Source: Octopus vulgaris
Lineage: Eukaryota
Length of the DNA stretch: 64,000 nt
NCBI GenBank assembly: GCA_951406725.2
Contig: OX597821.1
Coordinates: 91,946,001 to 92,010,000 of the forward strand
Direction of reading: 5' to 3'
Below are positions 51,255-64,000 of the stretch, piece after piece. Under the pieces are notes generated by a model. The model saw nothing but the letters and a program-made list of their open reading frames with translations. It was not told where the DNA came from and ran no database searches. Made by a program: the position numbers and the translations under genes. Every line of letters starts with the position of its first letter. Positions within the stretch are counted from its first letter, which is position 1.

Positions 51255-52149
51255 TGGCCCTTTCTAAGATGTGCACTGAGTGATGAAATATTTTGCATGT
51301 ATTTGTACAAATACTCAAGCTTGATTAACTTATGGAGTTATTTTGAACAACTATTGTCATATGTGTGATGGACCTGGTTATTAGGCAAGTCCATTGTAAA
51401 ATCAGCCCACCACACTCCTTTAATTCAGAAAGGCATGCAGTTTTCATTTTTTTTTTTTTTGGTGGCTACAGTGAAAGTGGATGATATTGAAAAGTTCAAG
51501 GACAGAAACCTTCCTCTTTTGTCAAGATCTCATTGACTTTTTCAAATTCTAATTGCATAGAAATACTCTCATCCAGTGGATTTATCAAAACTAGAGTGAT
51601 TAACGAAAATGGTTTGTGTGGATAGAATTACTTTAAGCCACCACATGTAGATTAGTTGATAGGGTCACATGTTCTTATTGGTCAGGATGAACTTGGATTT
51701 ACAGAATTCTTTGATTGGCCTCAGCTGGTGACTCTCTTGCATCAGAAGGAATGTAACTTCTAGGTATTCATTCATTTATGTTGTATATTTTGTGATACTT
51801 TTCATCTTATTCCTTCCTCCTTTTCTTAACTTATTTTATGAAAACCCCCTCCAACACAATCAATCTTTATAATGTTCCCATCATTCGACACATGCAGAGC
51901 AAATAAAAGAAAATACTATTATTATAATTGAGTTCTGGCATAAACACAGGCCTCAAATGTAAGGAATGAGCATATTCAATTGTATTGTACATATCATATT
52001 GACCTCAGAAGGTTCACAAACAACAATGAACTTGACAGGTTTTGAAACCAAAGAGCAGGTCACTAAATAATGTAAATCTTTTGTGTGTCCAAGGCACTAC
52101 CAATTCTGCTAATCCAGCTGCATTTTATTATTAATATTAACGATAATGA

Positions 52150-52355
52150 GGGCAGCGAGCTATCAGAGTCATTAGTATGCCAGATAAAATGCTTAGCAGC
52201 ATTTCATCATTCTGAGTTCAAATTCTACCAAGGTTGATTTTTGCTGCTCATCCTTTCAGAGTCGATAAAATAAGTACCAGTTGAACATTGGGGTTGATAT
52301 CATTGACTTACCTGCTCCTCCAAAATTACTGGCCTTGTGCCAAAATTTGAAATCG
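52150..52355 (+). mobile_element. Older SINE family A copy
   Basis: GGCAGCGAGCTATCAGA..CTGAGTTCAAATTC..GTCGATAAAATAAGTACCAG. Confidence 0.75.
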
Positions 52356-52478
52356 ATTTAAACAATACAGGTGTAACAAGAAAACAAGATGTCTCTATGA
52401 AACAGATAAGACAGACGAAATGCCACTGAACACTTTGCCTGATATGCTTATGATGATAACAACAACAACAACAACAAC

Positions 52479-52511
<33 letters not shown>

Positions 52512-52514
52512 TAA

Positions 52515-52655
52515 TGCTCTATAGGGGTGCTGGGAGCATTAACAACCACGTTTGAGAAATTTGTTGGAGCAACTGGGATTCACATGAGGATAGAACATGC
52601 TCAGAAAACTGCTCTATTGGGAACAGTGAAGATTTTGAGAATGGTATTTGGGTGT
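52515..52655 (+). mobile_element. R4/Dong-like RLE element C-terminal fragment
   Basis: IGVLGALTTTFEKFVGATGIHMRIEHAQKTALLGTVKILRMVFG, directly after (AAT)n. Confidence 0.7.
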
Positions 52656-52793
52656 TGTCTGTAGAATTAACTGAAACAAGTGAAATCAAGTTCTCTGAGA
52701 AGTGAAATGGAAATAATAATAATGATGATAGTAATTATATCACCTAATAGAGGAATTCAAGTAACAGAACTAAGAGAAAATAGTGTCTCCCTT

Positions 52794-53030
52794 CATCATC
52801 ATCATCATCATCATTTAACGTCCGTTCTCCATGCTAGCATGGGTTGGACGGTTCGACCGGGGATCTGGGAAGCCAGAAGGCTGCACCAGGCTCCAGTCTT
52901 ATCTGGCAATGTTTCTACAGCTGGATGCCCTTCCTAATGCCAACCACTCCGTGAGTGTAGTGGGTGCTTTTTACGTGCCACCTGCACAGGTGCCAAGCAA
53001 GGCTGGCAACGGCCACGGTCGGATTGGTGT
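52794..53030 (-). mobile_element. Family D (RTE-type 3' end)
   Basis: As at 26321. Confidence 0.8.
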
Positions 53031-53747
53031 AAACATATATATGTCAGAGTATTTTCCAAGATGACAGCCTATCTGCCTGACCATCTATCATTGCTTAAAA
53101 ACTGTATACAGTCCAGAAAAGACCAGATGATAGTTAACTGTCTGCAGTTAATGGATAACTCAATGTAATTAAGGCAAGACTGGAAGAGAACAGAGTACAT
53201 TTGCTGGTGGAGTGAGAGTATTAAAAAAATGGTATCAGAATGGTACTTCCAAGTGCAGAGGTTCCTGTATGAAAAAAGGAGAATGTGATATTCCTAAGGT
53301 TAGAAAACAAAGATATGAATAGCAAAGTTTACATGGAAAATATTTTCAAAGCATAAACCAGATGTCAAAAGTAAGTGGCAGAATTCTGCTTTGTGAATGC
53401 CATACAACCCCTCATAACTTTTTTTTTATTTTTTAGAACTTTCAGAAAATGTTTGTGAAATTGTATTCCACACACAGGAATTCATACAATTATACAAAAG
53501 CACAAACAAAATACTTTTGATGTGTGATTTAAGGGCTATTTAGCTGTTATTTTCAGTGCATCTCATGATCACCTCTACCCTCCTCATTTCTTTGTCAATC
53601 TGATTTTTGATGTTTTTCAATTATTTTCTCCCATAAATACATTTAATTGTCTGTTGTCATTTAAGCCAAAATGTCGGACTGTCCAAAACAGCAATTAAAA
53701 AGAAGAATTTTTAATTTAGAAAAAAAAAAAAAAAAATTTCATAGTCA

Positions 53748-54170
53748 TAGGCGCAGGAGTGGCTGTGTGGTAAGTAGGTTGTTTACCAACCACATGGTTG
53801 CGGGTTCAGTCCCACTGCGTGGCATCTTGGGCAAGTGTCTTCTGCTATAGCCCCAGGCTGACCAATGCCTTGTGAGTGGATTTGGTAGATGGAAACTGAA
53901 AGAAGCCTGTCGTATATATGTATATATATATGTATATATATATATATGTGTGTGTGTGTGCTTGTGTGTCTGTGTTTATCCCCCTAGCATTGCTTGACAA
54001 CCGATGCTGGTGTGTTTACGTCCCCGTCACTTAGCGGTTCGGCAAAAGAAACCGATAGAATAAGTACTAGGCTTACAAAGAATAAGTCCCGGGGTCGGTT
54101 TGCTCGACTAAAGGCGGTGCTCCAGCATGGCCGCAGTCAAATGACTGAAACAAGTAAAAGAGTAAAGAGT
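53748..54170 (+). mobile_element. SINE family B
   Basis: Full length. Confidence 0.9.
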
Positions 54171-54396
54171 AATATGAATTCCTGTGAATAGAATATAATT
54201 CACAAGACTTTTCTGACAACTTAAAAAATTATAGAAATTTTTTTTAGGGGTTATATGGCGTGCTTAAACCAGAATCCCACCAAGAAATTTGAAGAAAGAT
54301 ACAGATGTCTTGATCTTTGTTGCACAGAACCAAGCAGTCAGAACAAGATATATGAGGAAGAATACAAATAAGAAAACTATCTCAACTACATATAGA

Positions 54397-54582
54397 ACTA
54401 GCAGTATCGCCCGGCATTGCTCGGGTTTGTAAGGGAATTAACTATATAAGCATTTTTAGAGAGTTATAGCCAAAAAATAGCAAAAAAATGGAAAAAAAAT
54501 GATGGTAATTTTTTTTTAAATCGTTGACTCATCGTAGACATTTTTAGAGAATTACTTCCCTTATATAATAGCGAAAAAATGC
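54397..54582 (-). mobile_element. Helitron-like 3' terminus
   Basis: Minus strand CCCGAGC-AAT-GCCGGG hairpin, a short spacer, then CTAG|T. Confidence 0.6.
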
Positions 54583-54909
54583 TTTCCCAGAAGCTTTACA
54601 AAAATTGGAGACTTGACAATTGTATATGGATTTTTAAACCTTTAGTGTTACATTAATGCTTATTTATGCATGTTATTTTGAATTAATCATGCATTATCTT
54701 GCAGCATTCAGATTTCGATGATGTGATTATTATTATTATTGGGTAGAGGGCAGGGGCCAGATCTGGTTGGTTTGAACATAAAATGGCTAGAATATTTGGG
54801 TCAGATAGGGTCAGTTTAAAAACTAAAGGGTTAAAAAAAAAAGGTTGTATTTGAAAACTGGTAAGGTGAAAAACATAAAATAAAGAAAACATGTTTATAT
54901 TTCATATTT

Positions 54910-55308
54910 TCCCTTACTTGTTTTGGTCATCTGACTGCAGCCATGCTGGGGCACCACCTTGAAGGGTTTTAGTCAAACAAATTGACTCAAGGACATTTTA
55001 AAACTTAGTACTTAGTCTATTAGTCTCTTTTGCTGATTTCCTGAGTTACCTAGACATAAAAGCACACCAACACTCGCTGTTAAGCAATAGTGTGTACAAA
55101 CACAAACATAAAGACACATACACATAGATATATATACATATACATATATACGACAGACTTCTTTCAGTTTCTATTTACCAAATCCACTCACAGAGCTTTC
55201 ATCAGCCCGAGGTTATTGTAGAAGGCACCTGCCCGAGGTGCCACACAGTGGGACAGAACCCAGAACCATGTGATTGAGAAGCAGGCTTCTTACCACACAG
55301 TCATCCCT
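54910..55308 (-). mobile_element. Older SINE family B copy
   Basis: Diverged, colinear. Confidence 0.8.
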
Positions 55309-55319
55309 GTTCTTGAAAT

Positions 55320-56170
55320 TGGTTATATAAAAGTAGTAGAAGATGAGGAAATTCAAATGGATGGACAAATAGAACATTACCACCCAGATATTGTCATACT
55401 TAAAGAAGAGGTGCGTGTTGCTTAACTGATGGTGCTTGTCCATTTGATGCAAGAATAGCAGACAAAAAAAATGAATAGTAAAAAAAAAAATGAATAGGCG
55501 CAGGAGTGGCTGTGTGGTAAATAGCTTGCTTACCAACCACATGGTTCCGGGTTCAGTCCCACTGCATGGCACCTTGGGCAAGTGTCTTCTACTATAGCCT
55601 CGGGCCGACCAAAGCCTTGTGAGTGGATTTGGTAGAGGGAAACTGAAAGAAGCCTGTCGTATTTATGTATATATATTGTGTGTTTGTGTGTCTGTGTTTG
55701 TCCCCCTGGCGTTGCTTGGCAACCGATGCTGGTGTGTTTATGTCCCTGTCACTTAACGGCTCGGCAAAAGAGACGGATGGAATAGGTACTAGGCTTACAA
55801 AGAATAAGTCCCAGGGTCGAGTTGCTCGATTAAAGGTGGTGCTCCAGCATGGCCACAGTCAAATGACTAAAAACAAGTAAAAGAGAGTTTTAAAAAATGA
55901 ATAGTAAAAAAAAAAAATGAATAGTAAAAAATAATAGAAAAAATACCAGGAAGCAAAATTTAAACTTCTGGGAGTCTGGAATTGCTCTGAAGTTGTCATT
56001 ATACAATTATAGTAGGAAGGTTGGAAATCATTTCTAGAAGTTTGGTAGTTTGGTTGAAGATGTTGTTATCAATATTTCTTGATTGTAGAGGAAGCTTGCT
56101 TGTATGGTACAAGAAAATAGGCAGCTAAATACCAATATTGTTGGATGTAGCCTGATATTTAGCAATCCAA
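55320..56170 (+). mobile_element. R4/Dong-like restriction-like endonuclease remnant interrupted by SINE B (55496-55888)
   Basis: IQMDGQIEHYHPDIVILK..DGACPFDARI..KYQEAKFKLLGVWNCSEVVII..ACLYGT (PD-D/ExK region); (AAT)n shortly after. Confidence 0.7.
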
Positions 56171-56225
56171 TACTGGATAAACAATGAAGAAATGCTGAGT
56201 GAAAAAATGAAAAATAATAATAAGG

Positions 56226-56423
56226 ATGGTTTCCAATTTTAGCACAAGGCCAGCAAGCTCGTGCAAGGGGCTAAGTTGGTACACAATTGGTACTTATTTT
56301 ATAAACTCTGAAAGGCTGAAAGGCAAAGTCAACCTAGGCAGAATTTGAACACAAAATGTAAAGATGGATGAAATCCCACTAAGCATTTTGCCCAGTGTGC
56401 CAATGATTCTGCCAGCTCACCAA
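56226..56423 (-). mobile_element. Older SINE family A copy
   Basis: Diverged A between (AAT)n tracts. Confidence 0.7.
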
Positions 56424-56424
56424 C

Positions 56425-56516
<92 letters not shown>

Positions 56517-56564
56517 TATAATAATAATAATAATAATAAAGATAATGATAAATAATAATACTAA

Positions 56565-57120
56565 ATGCCCTGATACAGTACCAGGCAGTGGCTCACATGG
56601 GTTTTGATCATAACTGATTGGAAGTGTTATCATGTACATTGTTTTGTCTTGGGATAGAAGATGAGCTACCACAAATATTCTGTTCAATACCATAAATTTG
56701 CTTGTCACTTGTTTGACCTTAACCAGTTGAACAAGACACTTAGTGGCTGATGATATGTGCATCTCTGATCACAAGCAAAAGTAGTAGGGGAACATCATAG
56801 CTATGTGTTGAGAAGAATTCATTAAGGTTTGGATAATTCACCTTTGGAAACATGGGTGTTTTGTTCCACATCCTTAAACAATTCTTATTCAGAGACCTTT
56901 TAAGTGGGCTGGGTAACTCAATCTGAAGAAAATTCTAACTGGGCCCCACTTGCAAAGTCATATGCTGTTTATCTTGATATGAGATCACCATCTCTAGCAC
57001 ATATCGTTGTGATGCATGTGCCTGGTGTACCCTTATCAGACGGGTGCTCATGATGGGTATACTGGGCTTTGTATATTTTACCCCAGTGTCACTTAGATGG
57101 CATGCACTGTTCTCTCACTC
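56565..57120 (+). mobile_element. Family F, unit 1 of second dimer
   Basis: AAATGCCCTGATACAG...CTCACTC(AAT)n, 556 bp. Confidence 0.8.
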
Positions 57121-57143
57121 AATAATAATGATAATAATGATAA

Positions 57144-57687
57144 ATACCCTAATGAGGCAGTGGCTCTCGTGGCTTGTGATCTTAACTGATCAGAACTGTT
57201 ATCATGTACATTGTTTTGTCTTGGTATCAAAGATGGGCTACAGCAAATATCCTGCTCAATAACACAGATATGCTTGTCACTTGTTTGAACTTAACCAGTT
57301 GAGCATATCCCTTTGAGGCTGATATGTGCATCTCTGATCAAGAGCAGAAGTGGAGGAGCATCATAACCACGTGTTGAGAGGAATACTTTGGGGTTTGAAT
57401 AATTCACCTCTGGAAACTTTGGTATTTCATTCAACATCCTTAAACAACCCTTATTCAGGGATCTTTTGAGCAGGATGGGCTACTCGACCTGAAGAAAATT
57501 CTAACTGAGCCCCACCTGCAGGGTCATGCGCTGTTTATCTTGATATGAGATCACCATGTCATGCACATTTGGTTATGATGCATGTTCCTGGTGTACCTTT
57601 ATCAGATGGGTAGTCATGATGGACATACTGGGCTTCATATATTTGTACCCAAGTGTCACTTTGATGGCATGCACTGCTCTCTCACTC
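57144..57687 (+). mobile_element. Family F, unit 2 of second dimer
   Basis: Same ends; small deletions. Confidence 0.8.
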
Positions 57688-57709
57688 AATAAAATGATAA
57701 TAATAATAA

Positions 57710-58130
57710 TTCTGTCTATTGTAGGCACAAAGCCTGAAATTTCATGGGAGGGTATTAATTTGATTACTTTGATTCCAATGTTCAACTGGTACTTATTTTA
57801 TTGCCTTCCAAATAGATTAAAAGCAAAGTCAACTGCAGCAGAATTTGAACTCGGAACATAGAGACAGACGAAATGCTAATGATTCTTCCAGCTCATCAAG
57901 TTAATAATAATAATAATGGTTTCAAATTTTGCCACAAAGGCAGCAATTTTGAGTGAGGGGATGAGACGATTATATCGACCCCAGTGTTCAACTGGTACTT
58001 ATTTTATCAACGTTAAATGCATGAAAGATAAAGTTGACCTCTGTGGAATTTGAACTCAGAACATAGTGATGAGGAAAATACTGCTAAGCATTTCGTCCAG
58101 GATGCTAATGATTCTGCCAGCTCACCACCT
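57710..58130 (-). mobile_element. Two older SINE A copies in tandem
   Basis: 57710-57897 and 57917-58130, separated by (AAT)n. Confidence 0.7.
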
Positions 58131-58137
58131 TAGTTAC

Positions 58138-58254
<117 letters not shown>

Positions 58255-58644
58255 TGAAGATATTTTTCTTAAGTGTTATTTCTTTTACTGAGGTTGTTAA
58301 TTTAATATCACACATATTCATCACAACAACCACATCATATATACAGCTTAGTTTCATATAAAAAGGAATTTTCATATATTAGAAATATGATCCTCATTAT
58401 TTGTATCTCAATTAATAAACTCGAAAACTTGGTAAACATTTAGTATTTATTTGTGTTAATAAAAATAAGTAAAATCTCAGGCAAAGCTAATTTAGTTGAA
58501 CAGTGCATCATACTTACATGAGAACCACAGAATTCAGTATCTCCTGTAGTTAGAATAACCAGCACCATTCATTCATAAGTGTATCTTGATCACATTTACT
58601 ATGTTTTAGCAAATTGCTTTAGGTACCTAGGTAATTACATGTTA

Positions 58645-59059
58645 TAGGCGCAGGAGTGGCTGTGTGATAAGTAGCTAGCTTACCAACCACATGGTTCCGG
58701 GTTCATTTCCACTGCGTGGCATCTTGGGCAAGTGTCTTCTACTATAGCCTCGGGCTGACCAAAGCCTTGTGAGTGGATTTGGTAGACGGAAACTGGAAGA
58801 AGCCCGTCATATATATGTATATATATGTATGTGTGTATATGTTTGTGTGTCTGTGTTTGTCCCCCCCACCATTGCTTGACAACCGATGCTGGTGTGTTTA
58901 CATCCCCATTACTTAGCGGTTCAGCAAAAGAGACTGATAGAATAAGTACTAGGCTTATAAAGAATAAGTCCTGGGGTTGATTCACTCGACTAAAAGGCGG
59001 TGCTCCAGCATGGCTGCAGTCAAATGACTGAAACAAGTAAAAGAGTAAAAGAGTAAAAG
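58645..59059 (+). mobile_element. SINE family B
   Basis: Full length. Confidence 0.9.
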
Positions 59060-60335
59060 ACGTGTAGATATAAACAATCTCTCTGTCCTCTCAATCTTGA
59101 CTGAATCAACTATCGAAGATGTGGCAGCTGGCAGGAAAGAGGGGAACACAAGTATTCCACCAGTATTCATCACATCTAAGTAGACTTCTTCAATGTTAAA
59201 TGAAGTACCTTGCTCAAGGTCACAACACGCTAACTGGTCTAGGAATTCATACTACAATATTATGACCCTGAACTGTAGTCTTGAAGCCATGTGCCTTCAG
59301 GATTACAGCATTATTGAAATTTTATATATATTTTAATCACACTTTTCATGTTTTAAAGAACGGTATTCAAATTTTTTCCCTTTATCAGGAGAAGCAACGA
59401 AAAAACATTCAAAGCATTACTATGAATGATCATTCACAGTAATGCTGCTTTGATATTGGGTTTTCTGTTGATAAAGTGAAGAAATTTGAATATTGTTTTT
59501 TAAAATTGTAAAAAAATGTAAATTTTGAATAAAATGAAACAATATTTTTATCATATGTATCATTTATATATATAAAAAAAAAACTCTAGCTTGTGCTTTA
59601 TCTTGGACAGCGAATATATTTGATTCACAAGTAAATTAAACAGTTTTAGCTATTAAATATCTTGTTTTTATGCTTAACCATTAATAAGTAACACTGTCCA
59701 TTAATGAACACATATGATTAGGCATGCTGACTTGAAGGAAATGGAGAATAAGTAAATTAAGGATATCTCATCATTACCAAGTGTTAATAAAAATATGAAA
59801 TACCTTCAAAAGAATTTATATCAGATAGCAAAATTGATTCTCCAAGAGTTAACCTCTAATTTAAAGTACTTTGCACACGTGTATTTACAGTCATGTAAAT
59901 GAGTTTATATATGCAAAACACACAGTGTGATATCATGTATCTACAAAAGTGTACTTTCAACCTTATATATATATTCACACAACATTATAAAATATACATC
60001 GATACCAGAGAAAAATACAGAAAAGCTATATGAAAACAATGAAAAAAAAATGATGCAATGAAAGGTGTATATTATTAAAACAGAGAGAAAAGTCAATATT
60101 CGATAAGATGTTAATTAAAACATCTTGATTCAATAACACCAATGGTTTACATCAAATTCTGTCGATTAATTAAAGTCTTGACTACATTAGATTATAGTAA
60201 AAATGAAAATGTAATAATGAACCATCAGTGTTGAAATTTTATGTGTGTAAAACTGTGCATATATGTGTGTACATGCACTTAAGAACCCATTTATAAATAT
60301 ATACCTGTGCCATATATAAATATATACATGTGTGC

Positions 60336-60372
<37 letters not shown>

Positions 60373-61148
60373 ATCATCATCATCATCGTTTAACGTCCGT
60401 TTTCCATGATAGCATGGGTTATATATAATAGAAATATGTTTCAAAAAGAAAATAGAAACAACACATGGAAGAGATATGGGGAAAGAAAGAAGAAAAAGAG
60501 TGAAAATGTACATTGGATACAAAAAAATAATAAAGACTTCAGCTGTCTGTTGAGGCATGGTTTCTATGATTGGATGTCCTTCCTAATGCCAACCACTTAA
60601 CAGAATGTGCTGGGTACTTTTTATGTGCCACCAGCAAGGGTGTGTTTGTGTAGCACTGGCATGATTGCATTAATGCAGCTCCAGCATGGGCGCTTTTAAA
60701 ATGGACACTGGCACCTGAGGGACAAGCTTGTGTGTGTGGAAAACAGTGATTTTATTTCGTATGACGCATCTTATCAAGTACAGCAGATTGCCACATCTCA
60801 TCTCACAGTCACTTGTCATTTCCTCTGAGGCTCAACCTCCAAAGATCCTTTCTTCCCATGTCTTCCTGGGTCTACTCCTTCCATAGGTACCCTCCATAAT
60901 TACAGCTCAGCACTTCTTAATGCAGCTGTCCTCATCCATATGCATCACATGACCAAACCAGTGCTGTTTTCACTCTGTTGCACACAACATCTGATGCCTC
61001 TTACACCAAGTCTTCCTCTTAAATCATTTGCACTCTATTGGGTATGCCCACTGACATTACCCATCCAGCAAAGCATGATAGCCTCATTTCTTTCAAGCCT
61101 TCGCAAGTCCTCTGAAGACAAGGTCCAGGTTTCACTGCCATGTAGCAT
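60373..61148 (-). mobile_element. 5'-truncated RTE-clade LINE (ORF C-terminus plus family-D 3' UTR)
   Basis: MLHGSETWTLSSEDLRRLERNEAIMLCWM..LRGRLGVRGIRCCVQ..HWFGHVMHMDEDSCIKKC..EGTYGRSRPRKTWEE, followed by D sequence and (TGA)n. Confidence 0.85.
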
Positions 61149-61358
61149 ATTTTTTCTCTCTTTTTTTTCTTTCCTTTTTTTCTCTCCTTTTTTTCTCTCC
61201 TTGTTTCTCTCCTTGTTTTTTTTCGGTGTATCTTTTGTCGAAGAGCGTAGGCTCGAAACATAAAAGACTTTTTCTATTTCTGAGCGCTATTCTAATACAT
61301 TTGTTTGTTTGTACTCCACCTGCCTTCATCTTTTGTTTATTTTCGTAAGCTTTCCCTT
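61149..61358 (+). mobile_element. PLE-type terminal fragment ending at (TA)n, with a hammerhead-like motif (61231-61267)
   Basis: Homologous to 17015-17225; UCUU-UUGUCGA-A-GAGC-guag-GCUC-GAAA-CA-UA-AAAGA. Confidence 0.6.
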
Positions 61359-61393
<35 letters not shown>

Positions 61394-61425
61394 TAAGCTA
61401 CTACTACTACTACTACTACTACTAC

Positions 61426-61476
<51 letters not shown>

Positions 61477-62159
61477 GTAATAATAATAATAATAATAATA
61501 ATATTAATAATAATAATAATAATAACAATAATAATTATCCATGGATGGATTGATGGAGGAATGTGTGTGTCTTTGTATTTGTGTTTATCTTCCATCACTA
61601 CTTGACAACCAATGTTGGTTTGTTTATGTCCTTCTAAATTAGCAGTTCAGCATAAGACCGCCCCCCCCAAAAAAAAACAAAAATAATAAGTAACAGGCTT
61701 GAAACAAAGAGCAAAATAAGTACTAGGGCTGATTCGTTTGACTAAACCCTTCATGGCAGTGCCCCAGCATGGCCACAATTCAGTGACTGAAACAAGTAAA
61801 AGACAGAAGATGAAGACACCCTCGTACACACACACACATGTGCATGCTCACATGCACACACATACGCACGTGCACACACACACACACACACACATATGCA
61901 CACACACAAACACACACATACATTCACAAGCCCTCACACGCTCACATATACACAAACAATGCAACTACACATTTTTCTCTTATTAACACATGCATGCTCA
62001 ATCAATAAAGCAGATTTGATTATCCTGCAACAAAATGCAAAATAAGATTTTTTTATTTTATTTTAAAATTTTTTTTTTTGTTATATCAGGAGGTACTACT
62101 TTTATTTAATATATAAACCAATGCGGCTATCGATTACCATTTGTTCACATTACCATTGA

Positions 62160-62840
<681 letters not shown>

Positions 62841-64000
62841 CTAAAATGTCAATTAAACATTCCAGTATCTGTAATGATGTTTCTGTTTATTTACTTTCAT
62901 TTGAATTTATATTTTCATTTTTGATAAGGGGATGTGGGAGAATTTCGCTAATATTGGATATGATTTAAAAAACAAAGTGTGCGTGTTAGTGTTTTAGTAT
63001 GTGTGTTTGCATGTGTGTTTGTATGTATCTTTGTTCGTGTGCTTCTATGCTTGCTCGTATGTGCATGTATGAGTGAAAGAGAAAAAAAGAATTTAGCTTC
63101 CAAATTTCTTATCCTGTAGAAGTGAAAACAAAAATAGAGAATTTAAGATAAAACCCAAAAGAATCTAAATATGATGATAAAATAATAGTAGGAAACTTCC
63201 CGTTTCTCTACCTCTCACTCACACAGACATAAACTGTTACCTTCCGGTTACACAATTACACAAGCCAGCACAGATTTACTTTCACTTTCCCATCATACTC
63301 ACACACACACACACATATACATATATGTACAAAAGTTAATCAAGTCTTTATTCAATGTTTCCATACAAGACAATGTCTAGAAGTAGACTTGGGAATTCTT
63401 AATGCTTAAACTGTTGTAAAAATAAAACCATTTGAAAAAAATTAAATATCAAAATAATGTATGAACAAAAATAAAAAAAAAATTATTTGAAACATATTGC
63501 AAATTCAGTAAAGATATAAAACAAGAAGCAAATGAAGCAAATTAAAATTATCTGAAAGAATATTTCCTGTTTCAAAAGAACAACTATTTAAAAAATAATT
63601 GCAGTTTTATTTATTTTTAATGTTGCTGCTAAAATTTTTTTTCATTTTTATTAATTATTTCTTTTTGTTTGTGTGTGTATGTTCCTGATCATTTCCTGTT
63701 TAATTTTTCATATGTATCATTATTTTCACTACTTCCTTTTATCAGTTGTAAACAATGACTGCTTAAAACATAACCTTACAAACTTTGACTAAACTTAAAT
63801 AAGATTATGTAGTAGTTAGTTACTCATTTCCAAAGTATATTATTCCTATGAATGAGTTTAAAGACTATTTTATACTTTAGCTAGTTGGTCAGTCGAGTGG
63901 CTGGTATATTCTATATTCTTATATTATAATCCAATATTTATAACTGGTAAAAGAATGAGATTGCAAGATTAGCATTATTTTATAATCCGTGTTTTAAAAT

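Overview
AT-rich, repeat-dense eukaryotic DNA that is intergenic or intronic. It is most likely an octopod cephalopod (inference from the SINE families and the microsatellite load). I found no intact protein-coding gene: the listed ORFs are microsatellite or SINE translations, or fragments of decayed transposons. Contents: (1) dozens of copies of tRNA-derived SINEs, here called A, B and C; (2) a (TGA)n-tailed repeat D that matches an RTE LINE 3' end; (3) a decayed Ty3/Gypsy element at 12.4-15.4 kb; (4) mariner DD34D and maT DD37D remnants, plus mariner MITEs; (5) fragments of R4/Dong-like, HERO-like, RTE and CR1/L2-type LINEs, and Helitron-like ends; (6) a degenerate 7SL (SRP RNA) copy; (7) two types of Penelope-like element (PLE). 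Three signals stand out. Seven minimal type-I hammerhead-ribozyme-like motifs, several with non-canonical cores, lie on short PLE-related inserts in or beside (TA)n tracts. An unclassified 556-bp element occurs twice as a head-to-tail dimer inside (AAT)n. A speculative series of short minus-strand phase-1 'terminal exon' candidates lies in the unique islands. All calls were made by eye, and repeat boundaries are approximate.
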